From: Candidatus Calescibacterium sp.
GTDB taxonomy: Bacteria; DRYD01
Reading direction: 5' to 3'
Length of the DNA: 64,000 nucleotides
NCBI GenBank assembly: GCA_025057615.1
Contig: JANXBF010000003.1
Location: forward strand, 6,828-70,827
In this document: positions 1 through 8,625 of the stretch, piece by piece
Layout: the number at the start of each line of letters is the position of its first letter
Numbering within the stretch: position 1 is the stretch's first letter
Translations under genes and position numbers: made by a program
The notes under the pieces: generated by a model
Databases searched by the model: none
Seen by the model: only the letters and a program-made list of their open reading frames with translations
What the model was told of the DNA's origin: nothing

Positions 1-695
1 AAAAGCAACAGTTTGAAAGGAAGCGAAACTACCATAGGCGACATCATGAACATACCCATAGCCATAAGAACAGAACCAACAATCATATCAATAACAAGGA
101 AAGGTAAATATATAAGAAACCCTATAATAAACGCTGCTTTCAATTCAGACAGCAAATAAGCAGGAATCAAAACCTGTAAAGGAATATCCTCAGGCTTATC
201 AGGCTTCTTTATCTTTGAATATTGTATAAAAAACATAAGATCATCAGGCCTGGTGTGCTTAAACATAAATCTCTTGTAAATATCCGAAGACTTCTGAATA
301 AATTGTTCCTGAGTTATCTTTCTTTTCAAATATGGCTGTAAAGCCTCATTATTTATCTCAGTCAAAACAGGATTAAGTATATACAACGTAACAAAAAATG
401 AAAAAGCAATGATTACCTGGTTTGGAGGAGTCTGCTGAGTTCCCATAGCAGACCTCAACATAGAAAAAACAATAACCACCCTAATATAAGGGGTCATCAT
501 TATCAAAATATAAGGAGCCAATGACAAAACAGTTACTAAACCTATAGCTTTCAAAGGAGCAGCTAAAGCATCCGTAGTCTTTGTATCTTTCAACTCAATA
601 GAAACATTTGGCAAATTTATTTTTGGAGTTTCAGCACCCCAAGAAAAAACAAAAAATAAAAAACTAAAAAAAATACCTAAAAAAATAACCTTCAT
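1..695 (-). CDS. fliP: Flagellar export-gate protein FliP (C-terminus runs off the window edge)
   Basis: This gene is absent from the ORF track because it is truncated by the window edge. My reverse-strand translation from the ATG at 693-695 gives MKVIFLGIFFSFLFFVFSWGAET...LAPYILIMMTPYIRVVIVFSMLRSAMGTQQTPPNQV...IPAYLLSELKAAFIIGFLIYLPFLVIDMIVGSVLMAMGMFMMSP. That is a signal peptide followed by the conserved FliP core. It sits downstream of fliO in the canonical order. Confidence 0.85.
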   Translation of the reverse strand, partial: MKVIFLGIFFSFLFFVFSWGAETPKINLPNVSIELKDTKTTDALAAPLKAIGLVTVLSLAPYILIMMTPYIRVVIVFSMLRSAMGTQQTPPNQVIIAFSFFVTLYILNPVLTEINNEALQPYLKRKITQEQFIQKSSDIYKRFMFKHTRPDDLMFFIQYSKIKKPDKPEDIPLQVLIPAYLLSELKAAFIIGFLIYLPFLVIDMIVGSVLMAMGMFMMSPMVVSLPFKLLL

Positions 696-708
696 AATAT
701 TCCCCTCC

Positions 709-975
709 CTAATCCTTCTTTGAAAATTCGGAATATTCAAATTCTTTCAATAAAACTATATTATTATCAGCAACACCAATCATATATACTTTATTAGCAA
801 CCTTTACAAAGATTATACCCTTATTTGGTGCCAAATAAATCCTGTCTATAATTTGAGATATCTTCATAGTATTAGGATACTGAATCCTGTTAACAAACTT
901 CAATAGGAAATACCCCACAGCACCAATAACAAGTGCATAAAATAAAAAAATTACTCCCAATTGAAACAGCTCCAT
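709..975 (-). CDS. fliO: Flagellar biosynthesis protein FliO-like (small, single TM helix)
   Basis: An 88-aa protein with one N-terminal TM helix (GVIFLFYALVIGAVGYFLLKFV). Its size and its position between fliN and fliP are typical of FliO. Confidence 0.6.
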   Translation of the reverse strand: MELFQLGVIFLFYALVIGAVGYFLLKFVNRIQYPNTMKISQIIDRIYLAPNKGIIFVKVANKVYMIGVADNNIVLLKEFEYSEFSKKD

Positions 976-978
976 AAA

Positions 979-1284
979 TTATCTCAATATCTCAGTTATC
1001 CTTATACCGTAATTTTCATTAACAGCTATAACTTCACCTTTAGCTATTATTTTCCCATTAACCAAGATATCCACAGGCTCTCCAGCAAGCTTGTCCAACT
1101 CTACAACAGCACCCACTGCTAACTTCAAAACATCCTTCACCAACATTTTTGCCCTACCTATCTCAACAGTAACAGTTAATGGAATATCCTGCAACAATTC
1201 CAAATTGGATTCTGAACTCGACTGAATTGGAGTCTTCTCCAACTGAGGTAAATTGAAAGGCTTAACAACATCCTTATCATTCAT
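979..1284 (-). CDS. fliN: Flagellar motor switch protein FliN
   Basis: The conserved SpoA/FliN C-terminal domain is present (LLQDIPLTVTVEIGRAKMLVKDVLKLAVGAVVELDKLAGEPVDILVNGKIIAKGEVIAVNENYGIRITEI). The ORF track starts at a TTG (1302). I prefer the ATG at 1282-1284 (MNDKD...), which is preceded by a GGGGGTG Shine-Dalgarno-like run. Confidence 0.85.
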   Translation of the reverse strand: MNDKDVVKPFNLPQLEKTPIQSSSESNLELLQDIPLTVTVEIGRAKMLVKDVLKLAVGAVVELDKLAGEPVDILVNGKIIAKGEVIAVNENYGIRITEILR

Positions 1285-1315
1285 AAAAACACCCCCAACC
1301 AATTAAAATATGTTT

Positions 1316-2308
1316 TCAATATTCTTCCGACTCTTCTTCTGTTAATATTTTAGTTATTTTCACACCAACCTTGTTACCCACTAAACCTATAGTTCCCAAA
1401 AATTTGGTTTTTCCCTCTATTTTTATTTTTGCCTCTTCATCAATCCTGTTATCTAAGGCTATTATATCACCAACTTCAATATTAAGTAGATCTCCAAACA
1501 AAACTTCAGTTTTCCCTAACTCAACAACTAACTCAACCTTACTAAAACTTATGTTCTTCTCACTCAATATCTTTGATTGATCCTTCAATATTTTATTTAA
1601 AATATCGGGATTAACAGAAGTAGATAAAACACTTTTTTGCTGTGGCACCAACTCTCTCAAATAGTTAAAAGGAATAATGAAATTAGCTACAGATTCCACC
1701 ATCTCAACACGGATGCTAAAGTTTATCTTTGCAACAGTCGCAGTATATGGTATAACAAGAGCTAAAGCAGACTCAGACGAAACTTTCTCTAATTTAATGA
1801 ACCCCAACTTCTTATTCTCCTGACTGGACAGCGTATTTAACATCTTATTGTAATTTTTTATTAATTCATCAACAAAAAAAGTAGAAAACAAATGCAACTC
1901 AAGTTTAGTGAATTCCCTGATTTTAGAAGACAACTCTCCTTTACCCCCAAGCAACAGATTTAAAAAAATGAAAACTATATAAGGGTCCAAAATAACAATG
2001 CACTTTGGATGAACCGTCAAACTGTCCTCAATATCAAACCTCACTATCAAACTCGGGTTGGGTATATAATCAATGAACTCAGAAAACTGTAAAACTTCAA
2101 CATTAGACAACTCAATAACCATTTTTTTCTGAATTACTTCAGATAAACAAATAGATAACTGTTCAAAATAGTCCTTAAAAAAACCATGTATGAACTTACT
2201 TTCAAAAGCAGTGAACTGAGGCTTGGTTATGGCAAAAGCAGGATGCTCCTGAGAACTAGAACTATAAGAACCTTTACGTATATACTTTTCAAAAGGATTT
2301 GGCTTCAT
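1316..2308 (-). CDS. fliM: Flagellar motor switch protein FliM (N-terminus atypical)
   Basis: A 330-aa protein with the FliM middle-domain signature (LLGGKGELSSKIREFTKLELHLFSTFF) and a C-terminal FliN-like domain (VELGKTEVLFGDLLNIEVGDIIALD). It lies immediately upstream of fliN. Confidence 0.8.
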   Translation of the reverse strand: MKPNPFEKYIRKGSYSSSSQEHPAFAITKPQFTAFESKFIHGFFKDYFEQLSICLSEVIQKKMVIELSNVEVLQFSEFIDYIPNPSLIVRFDIEDSLTVHPKCIVILDPYIVFIFLNLLLGGKGELSSKIREFTKLELHLFSTFFVDELIKNYNKMLNTLSSQENKKLGFIKLEKVSSESALALVIPYTATVAKINFSIRVEMVESVANFIIPFNYLRELVPQQKSVLSTSVNPDILNKILKDQSKILSEKNISFSKVELVVELGKTEVLFGDLLNIEVGDIIALDNRIDEEAKIKIEGKTKFLGTIGLVGNKVGVKITKILTEEESEEY

Positions 2309-2330
2309 ATTCCTTAATTTATATTTTCTT

Positions 2331-2359
2331 TACATATACCTCACTACCTTTAATTTCAA
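2331..2359 (-). promoter_or_regulatory. Candidate sigma-70-type promoter for the fliM operon (TTGAAA-17 nt-TATGTA in gene orientation)
   Basis: The reverse complement reads TTGAAA (2354-2359), a 17-nt spacer, then TATGTA (2331-2336), about 25 nt upstream of the fliM ATG. This is a pattern match only. Confidence 0.25.
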
Positions 2360-2380
2360 TTAACCCTCTTTATAAAAAAT

Positions 2381-2396
2381 TTTACATTTTTTTAAA
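2381..2396 (+). promoter_or_regulatory. Degenerate copy of the direct-repeat box (TTTACA-TTTT-TTTAAA) upstream of the 2481 gene
   Basis: It has the same orientation relative to the downstream gene as the strong copies at 6450, 42875 and 51963. The second hexamer is degenerate. Confidence 0.3.
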
Positions 2397-2432
2397 AATT
2401 TTTTCCAAAATAAAAAAATTTTTTTCCAAAAT
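2394..2432. repeat. Imperfect tandem duplication: AAAAATTTTTTCCAAAAT / AAAAAAATTTTTTTCCAAAAT
   Basis: Two adjacent units (2394-2411 and 2412-2432) differ only in A/T-tract length. They lie in the divergent fliM / 2481 promoter region. Confidence 0.7.
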
Positions 2433-2480
2433 CAAAAATAAATACCAATAAAATAATATTCTAATAAGGAGGATAAATCA

Positions 2481-3179
2481 ATGAATACAAACATAATAAA
2501 TACAAACATTAAAAACACATTTAAAATAGATTTCTCAAAAATAGACAACTCCCTTGAACAAGCACTTCTACCTTTCAACGATAGCTTTATAATGTCAAAA
2601 ATAAACGATAAAATAAAAGAACAAGGCTACGCAAAAATAGAAGGCATATTTGCTAACCTACCAATAAAACTCTTCTTCAAACCAATGAGTTCTAACACCA
2701 TAATAGTCCAAGGAAATATAGGAAACAATCAAATAAATACCAAAGTTATGATAATGGAATCAAATAGCGACCCAAATCTCAAAAAACAACTGTTTCTTAA
2801 AAACATAACAGAAAGTGGTATGGTTAACTCCGTTTACAACGAAACATTTGACCAATGGGGCTTCCAAAATCAATCATCAATTATCTTACCAAGTGCAAAA
2901 ATGACAAAACTGGACCTAAGAGAAATAATGAAAAGCAACTTATATTCTCAATTAACTGTGACCTATAACCCAGAAACAGGAGAAAGCCTATACAAAGTTA
3001 AACAAAATTGCACCTGTACAAAAGAATTAGTAAGAGCAACATACGTATCCAAATCATCAGAAAATCCAGAATTGCAAGTAGATACCAAATTATCAATGGA
3101 TGTAACAACCGACTTACATACAGAAGGTAAAATAAAACAAGATGAAAACGAATGGATAATAAACTATAAAATAACATAA
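2481..3179 (+). CDS. Hypothetical protein, 232 aa, no recognisable family, no signal peptide
   Basis: A long ORF preceded by a strong RBS (TAAGGAGGATAAATCAATG). The sequence (MNTNIINTNIKNTFKIDFSK...) matches no family I recognise. Confidence 0.7.
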   Translation: MNTNIINTNIKNTFKIDFSKIDNSLEQALLPFNDSFIMSKINDKIKEQGYAKIEGIFANLPIKLFFKPMSSNTIIVQGNIGNNQINTKVMIMESNSDPNLKKQLFLKNITESGMVNSVYNETFDQWGFQNQSSIILPSAKMTKLDLREIMKSNLYSQLTVTYNPETGESLYKVKQNCTCTKELVRATYVSKSSENPELQVDTKLSMDVTTDLHTEGKIKQDENEWIINYKIT

Positions 3180-3196
3180 CAAAAAACTATTAAAAA

Positions 3197-3847
3197 TTAA
3201 TAAAAATATTTACTAAGAAAACTTAACATTTTTCTGGGTATCCGTTTGTGATTTCCCAAAATTAATAAGAAGTAGTTTATCTTTGCTATTTCCTCGACAC
3301 AAAAAGTCAAATCAACACATCTCTTAAAATCGTACGAAAAAACAACAAGTCCATGATTACGTAAAATAACAACGCCCTCCTTAACATTACCTAAAATCTT
3401 CTTAATATTCTTAACAACCTCAAAAGCTAAAATCTCAGTTCCAGGAGTAACATACTTTACATAAACTATCTGCCTTATCTTAACGTAATACTCTGGCAAT
3501 AAATCAAGTTTTATCTTTCTATTAGTACAACTGAAAATAACACAATACATTGGATGAGTATGCACGACAAAATTAACATCTTCAAAATTCTTATACAATT
3601 CTAAATGCAAATTTATCTCACTCGTTTGCTTAAAACCACCTAACAACTCATTTTCAAAATTAACAACTGAAATCATATCTCTTACTAAATTCCTTTTTCT
3701 TACAGATGTTGGAGTACAGTAAACTAAATCCCCAATTCTTATACTTATATTGCCAGAAGTTGAAGGGAAAAATCTATCCCCCAATTCATCTATAGCAAAT
3801 TTTATTTTCTTCCAGGCTTCATCCAAATCTTCTTGAAAAAACATCAA
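3197..3847 (-). CDS. Class II aldolase/adducin-family protein (FucA/AraD/MtnB-like)
   Basis: Contains the motifs STSGNISIR and NFVVHTHPMYC, and its ~216-aa length is typical of class II aldolases. Confidence 0.8.
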   Translation of the reverse strand: MMFFQEDLDEAWKKIKFAIDELGDRFFPSTSGNISIRIGDLVYCTPTSVRKRNLVRDMISVVNFENELLGGFKQTSEINLHLELYKNFEDVNFVVHTHPMYCVIFSCTNRKIKLDLLPEYYVKIRQIVYVKYVTPGTEILAFEVVKNIKKILGNVKEGVVILRNHGLVVFSYDFKRCVDLTFCVEEIAKINYFLLILGNHKRIPRKMLSFLSKYFY

Positions 3848-3855
3848 TAAATATC

Positions 3856-5547
3856 TTAATCTTTCTTAAGTTTATATTTAGAATAATCTTTCATATAAGA
3901 CAACTTCTCAATGGAAGGCTTTTCTATATTAGAATATACTAAATTTAGATTCTTATCAAAAACGAGCAATACTCCACCATAAACAGGGAAATCTTTTCCA
4001 TCAATATCTAAACCAATGGGATAAGTATATACACCCTCTATGCTTATCCCACCATCAAAATTGGGAACAACACTGATCCTCATCTTTTCAATAATCGAAA
4101 ACTCTGAAGAATAATTTTTTAATAAATCAATAACAGCTTTTTCAATATCCTTACTGTTCTCATAATTGGCAAGCTTTTCTTTCAAAATTGAAACATCAAC
4201 ATTCTTTGATTTTTCAATTTCAAGCTTTATATCATCCAAAGAAGAATTAAGTAACTTACTACTGTTAGCAGCCTTAATAAGATAATTAGAAATATTAGAA
4301 TTGTTGTATAGAATATCGGCAACTATGAGAGATTTATAAAATTCTGGCATTGTCGTAGTAGCCAAAGGAGAAATTTTAGTTCCCATTACAAAAACCTTAA
4401 AGAATTCTTTAGCAGCTTTTTTGATATCACCAACATCTTTAACATATTCAGAAAAAGCTTTATAAAAGGTGGTACTTAAAGATAAAGAATATTTATGTTC
4501 CTCTTTTTCAGAAACGGTAAGCTGATTATATGGTTTATATTCAACTAAAGAAGTCATTTCACGTAAAGGAGTGTTAACACTGATTTTTTGAAAATCTGTG
4601 AATGGATCTTCATTAAGAATTTGTTGTTCTATCTTAAACTGAGTATAAAATGCTGTCCCAAAACTCTCTGCAATAGAAGAAATAGCATTAGGTTTATCAA
4701 TTTCATCAATACTAACGTTTATGTTTTCGTCCATCGCTGCAAAGAGAAAGGAGTTTATATCACTAAAAGCTTCATGAACCGCAGAAGTCTCCAGATGAAA
4801 AACACTGTCTATATAAAATGGTCTCAGTCTATCCAAAATAGCGTGCCCAACCTCATGAATAACAACATCACTATCCTTTGAAGCATTGAAAACTTTATTA
4901 TCTTTATATGAAACAAAAGTTCCCAAAGAAAGAAAATTACTCACAGGATTATAAGAAGCATTCTCCATAAAACCCTTAAATGTATTCTTTCCAAACAAGT
5001 CTATGTTTATACTACCAAAGAAGTTTTCCTGAGCATTCTTAGACCACTCTACAACATTTTTTTCAACATTATAAGCAGTAGATATCGCATAGTAAAGTAT
5101 AGTTCCTGGCTTAATATTAGATAAATTTGAACTAAAATTAGACACTTCCTCCTTGACCTTATCATATTGTGATAAAATGTTTACAGTATGATCAGTATTT
5201 ATAATAAAAGCTTTTGTGGGAAAAAATTTTAATAACCTCTCTATAAATTGATTTTGTTTATTATTTATAGAATCAATTCTGTAATCTCCATTACCATTTT
5301 TTTGATCAACAAAAATTAATTCTTTTATTTTTTGAGTTACTGCCTCTTTATTCTGGTCAAGCAAAAACTCTCTAATTTCTAACTTAGAAGGTAAAACACC
5401 TTGATAATACTTATCATCAGATTGAGGATGATAATTTACAACAGGATTTTTATACTCCGCTATTTTACTTGATGTTTGATAAATAATACTGGGAACATAA
5501 TTTTTAATCAACTTCTGCAAACTTTGTAAGTCAAACATTTCTTTCAC
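3856..5547 (-). CDS. Thermolysin-like (gluzincin) zinc metallopeptidase, no signal peptide
   Basis: The motif HEVGHAILD is followed 28 residues after the first His by AVHEAFSD. This is the HExxH ... xEAxSD arrangement characteristic of M4-type gluzincins. The N-terminus (MKEMFDLQSLQKLIKNY) is hydrophilic. Confidence 0.7.
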   Translation of the reverse strand: MKEMFDLQSLQKLIKNYVPSIIYQTSSKIAEYKNPVVNYHPQSDDKYYQGVLPSKLEIREFLLDQNKEAVTQKIKELIFVDQKNGNGDYRIDSINNKQNQFIERLLKFFPTKAFIINTDHTVNILSQYDKVKEEVSNFSSNLSNIKPGTILYYAISTAYNVEKNVVEWSKNAQENFFGSINIDLFGKNTFKGFMENASYNPVSNFLSLGTFVSYKDNKVFNASKDSDVVIHEVGHAILDRLRPFYIDSVFHLETSAVHEAFSDINSFLFAAMDENINVSIDEIDKPNAISSIAESFGTAFYTQFKIEQQILNEDPFTDFQKISVNTPLREMTSLVEYKPYNQLTVSEKEEHKYSLSLSTTFYKAFSEYVKDVGDIKKAAKEFFKVFVMGTKISPLATTTMPEFYKSLIVADILYNNSNISNYLIKAANSSKLLNSSLDDIKLEIEKSKNVDVSILKEKLANYENSKDIEKAVIDLLKNYSSEFSIIEKMRISVVPNFDGGISIEGVYTYPIGLDIDGKDFPVYGGVLLVFDKNLNLVYSNIEKPSIEKLSYMKDYSKYKLKKD

Positions 5548-6386
5548 TCCTTTCTATTTTTAAATTCCGCAAATGGCTTTAAAAACCCCCCAAGAACAAT
5601 GCTTATAGGACGATGATCAGAAGCCAAAACAACCTCCGGCTTCTCTTTTTCATCAACAACATCATAAGTCCCCTGTATAACCAAATTCTTAACACTATCA
5701 GAAATTCTTATATAGTCAACTATACTCGGACCATGGCTAGCATAAACATCACTCATAGACATAGGCTGATAGTAGTGAGTCGGAACATCAATATCTTTTG
5801 ATAATTTATCAACATTTCTAACATCAATAAACCCATTTTTTTCAAAGATCTGGCTAACCTCAGAAAAAGGTAAATCATTATAATCACCCAATATAACTGT
5901 AGGGATTTTACTTTTATTTACCAACTCTATAGTTCTCCTGGCTTCCTTTTTTCTCTGTTCCTGAGACTCTGGATTCATCTTGGCTTTGAAATGTACAGAA
6001 ACAAATTTCATATCAAATCCGGGCATAATTTCAACAATAGCTTCAACAGGAGGCCTATAAAACACATCCTCTTTCTCATTTATTGTATAACTCTTTATCG
6101 GAAATTTTTTATCAACAAGCAATGCACAGGCTATACCTCTGCCATCACTTTTACCAACTATAACATTGTACCTATCTTTTAAACCAGCCAAAACTAACAC
6201 TTCCCTAACTATATTAGTATTTTCCACTTCCTGCAAAGCAACAATATCACTGTCAAGACTCTTCAGAACCTCTGCCAAAGCCTTCTTAGAAGCTTCTGAC
6301 TTAGGAGGTCCATCATCCTTAAGAGGATCATCAAACCTGTCAAACAAATTCTCAACATTATAAGTGGTAACCTTTATATTTATCAT
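5544..6386 (-). CDS. Endonuclease/exonuclease/phosphatase (EEP) family protein, no signal peptide
   Basis: The N-terminus TTYNVENLFDRFD, together with ALQEV, GDYND and SDHRPI, matches the EEP catalytic motifs. Its stop overlaps the metallopeptidase start by 4 nt (5544-5547). Confidence 0.8.
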   Translation of the reverse strand: MINIKVTTYNVENLFDRFDDPLKDDGPPKSEASKKALAEVLKSLDSDIVALQEVENTNIVREVLVLAGLKDRYNVIVGKSDGRGIACALLVDKKFPIKSYTINEKEDVFYRPPVEAIVEIMPGFDMKFVSVHFKAKMNPESQEQRKKEARRTIELVNKSKIPTVILGDYNDLPFSEVSQIFEKNGFIDVRNVDKLSKDIDVPTHYYQPMSMSDVYASHGPSIVDYIRISDSVKNLVIQGTYDVVDEKEKPEVVLASDHRPISIVLGGFLKPFAEFKNRKE

Positions 6387-6449
6387 AACCTTTCTCCTTT
6401 ACCTTTTTACGAAGTATTATCAATTTTTTTGCAATACCCATAAAACAAT

Positions 6450-6476
6450 TGTAAAAAAAATGTTAAAAAGTGTTTA
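6450..6476 (-). promoter_or_regulatory. Direct-repeat box, three hexamers: TAAACA-N4-TTAACA-TTTTT-TTTACA (gene orientation)
   Basis: The + strand reads TGTAAAAAAAATGTTAAAAAGTGTTTA. The box lies 64 nt upstream of the EEP gene start (6386). Its 14-mer core is identical to those at 42875 and 51963. Confidence 0.5.
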
Positions 6477-6484
6477 AGTTTTTT

Positions 6485-7759
6485 CTACAAAATTCTTCGA
6501 AAATTTTTCAAAACAAAAACAATTCTATCAACTATACCAGTTCCTCCCAAAAAACTACCAAATATAAAAATCCCCATTTTCTCCAACTCCCTCAAATAAT
6601 ATTTATCAGAAAGATAAAAATCCAAATACCTGGAATCATAGTCAAGAATAGAATTATCCCAAAAAACACTGTAATAATCAATAATACTGTTTTCAAAGTC
6701 ATAATTTAAAAAACCGAAAAATTTACTTAACTCATTGAAAACTGCAGAATAATCACTGGTTTTTGAAAAAACTCGTAGTACCTCTATTTCACTTTCCTCA
6801 TACCATTTCTTAGAAAAAAAAGTTATAGATTTAACGAAATCATTACTCCTGAATATTACTCCATTTGATTTTAAAGAAACAATCTTGTTTAAAATAAAAA
6901 TATGAATCATGGAAGAGTGATAATTCAAAGCACTCAAATCTTGACACAATAACTCAATGTTCTTATCATAGAAAGACATCTCTTTTAAAAGAGGAAGCAT
7001 TCTACTAGCCTCCCCAGTAAATACAACTTTCTTACACTTATAACTATCATTTATGAAAAAACAATTTCCATCAAAAATTATCTTATGAATTTTTTCTTTA
7101 ACTATCCTTTTATTTTGTGACAACTTGTTTACAATTGAACTCAATCCCAATGGACTAGTAAACATAGTCACAGGTCTATAAAACATCTCATTTTCAAATT
7201 TTCTTACAAAAGGGTAAACAAATTTTAATATCAATCTTTTGGAATCAATACCAAAAACTGATTCAAAAATGGGGAATATAACCCTCTCAGAAAAAATTCT
7301 ACCAAATCTCTTGAGAGAGTAATCATAAAGTGTGCAATTTTGATAGAAATCTTTTTCAAAAATAAACTTGTTAAATAAAAATTTTATTAAAAAACCGACC
7401 TTCTCTGAAAATGTCATAAAATCACCATATATGAAATCACTAATATTAGAAGGAATAAAATATATCTCCTTACCATCTGCAATATAGATCTTATTTCTTT
7501 TCATAATCTTTTTTTGTTCGAAAATATCAGGAAAATACCCCTCAATAAAATTCAACTTATCCCTATCAAAAACAATAGATTCCGGCCCAAGTTCAATAAA
7601 ATATTCCCTGTCCTTATATTTATAACACATAGTCCGAATTTTACCACCTATTTCATCTTCCTCAAAAATAAGTGTTTCACGATTTGGTATAAGGCTGGCT
7701 AAAACAAGACCGGTTATACCAGCACCTATTATGACGATATCTACTTCTTTATAACCCAA
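6485..7759 (-). CDS. FAD-dependent oxidoreductase (protoporphyrinogen/amine-oxidase-like fold)
   Basis: An N-terminal Rossmann dinucleotide motif (VDIVIIGAGITGLVLA ... EEDEIGGK) and a ~424-aa length. The specific substrate is not callable. Confidence 0.6.
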   Translation of the reverse strand: MGYKEVDIVIIGAGITGLVLASLIPNRETLIFEEDEIGGKIRTMCYKYKDREYFIELGPESIVFDRDKLNFIEGYFPDIFEQKKIMKRNKIYIADGKEIYFIPSNISDFIYGDFMTFSEKVGFLIKFLFNKFIFEKDFYQNCTLYDYSLKRFGRIFSERVIFPIFESVFGIDSKRLILKFVYPFVRKFENEMFYRPVTMFTSPLGLSSIVNKLSQNKRIVKEKIHKIIFDGNCFFINDSYKCKKVVFTGEASRMLPLLKEMSFYDKNIELLCQDLSALNYHSSMIHIFILNKIVSLKSNGVIFRSNDFVKSITFFSKKWYEESEIEVLRVFSKTSDYSAVFNELSKFFGFLNYDFENSIIDYYSVFWDNSILDYDSRYLDFYLSDKYYLRELEKMGIFIFGSFLGGTGIVDRIVFVLKNFRRIL

Positions 7760-8616
7760 AGTACAGCACTCCTTGAAGGTTTGTTTCTGCTTATTTCATC
7801 TTTTGAAGGTTTGATCTTCTTAAAAGTCAATCCACTTGTTTTGATGAAATCCTTTATTATTTTTCCCTCAAGAGAATGGTAAGATATAATAAGCAATAAA
7901 AAATTTTGTTTATAATTTTTAAAAAAATTGAGAAGATCGGTTAACTCCTCCAACTCCCTATTCACAAATATCCTCAAAGCCAAATATACCTTCTGAAGAA
8001 TATCTTTTAAAAATTTGAAACTAACAACCTTAGATATTGACTTATTTAAATCATATGTGGTTCTTATTTCATTTCTTTCTCTATCAACAACTATAACACT
8101 AACAATCTTATTAACCAATTTCTTATTTTCAAAAACACGATAAAAAATATCGTATAACTCTTGAAAATTAAATGTATTTATAATATCAAAAGCGGTAACT
8201 GATTGATTTTTATCATACCTCATATCCAAAAACGTATCTCTATTAAAGCTAAAACCAGATTGATTCTTTATCTGGTAATAAGATATACCCAAATCAGCCA
8301 AAACTACCAGCATCTTCCCATTTAATTCCAAATTCTCAAAAAACCTTGAAAATGATATATTCAATACCTTTACATTTTCCCTATCTTTCAAAAGGCTTCC
8401 AATTCTTTTCAACGCTATTTCTATACTTTCTTTGTCTCTATCGAGTAAGAAAATAGAGGAATTTTTACTCAAACAAGGGATAATCTCTGAACTATGTCCC
8501 CCAAGTCCCAAAGTACAATCAACAAAAACAATTTCATCCAAACTTTCTAGTTCATCCCTTATAACTTCAACTATCTCTCTAACTAAAACCGGAAAGTGAT
8601 ATTCAACACTATCCAT
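7741..8616 (-). CDS. rsmH: 16S rRNA (cytosine1402-N4)-methyltransferase RsmH/MraW
   Basis: The protein reads HFPVLVREIVEVI..., VDCTLGLGGHS, DLGISYYQ and ISYHSLEGKIIKDF, which is the RsmH signature order. Confidence 0.85.
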   Translation of the reverse strand: MDSVEYHFPVLVREIVEVIRDELESLDEIVFVDCTLGLGGHSSEIIPCLSKNSSIFLLDRDKESIEIALKRIGSLLKDRENVKVLNISFSRFFENLELNGKMLVVLADLGISYYQIKNQSGFSFNRDTFLDMRYDKNQSVTAFDIINTFNFQELYDIFYRVFENKKLVNKIVSVIVVDRERNEIRTTYDLNKSISKVVSFKFLKDILQKVYLALRIFVNRELEELTDLLNFFKNYKQNFLLLIISYHSLEGKIIKDFIKTSGLTFKKIKPSKDEISRNKPSRSAVLWVIKK

Positions 8617-8625
8617 TCTTTCTAA

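Noticed and set aside
2481-2520. Shared N-terminal MN(x)NI-type starts (MNTNIIN, MNNINP, MNIILN, MINIKV) of the box-regulated proteins as a possible export signal
   Set aside because: Asn, Ile and Lys dominate N-termini throughout this AT-rich window. Housekeeping proteins also start MNEKF, MNKKG, MNRLR or MNISI. The similarity is not distinguishable from compositional bias.
6430-6441. A sigma-54-like TGG...TTGCA element (ATGGGTATTGCA in gene orientation) upstream of the EEP operon
   Set aside because: The GG and GC dinucleotides are only ~7 nt apart, not the fixed spacing of the -24/-12 promoter class. No EBP-type activator gene is present in the window.
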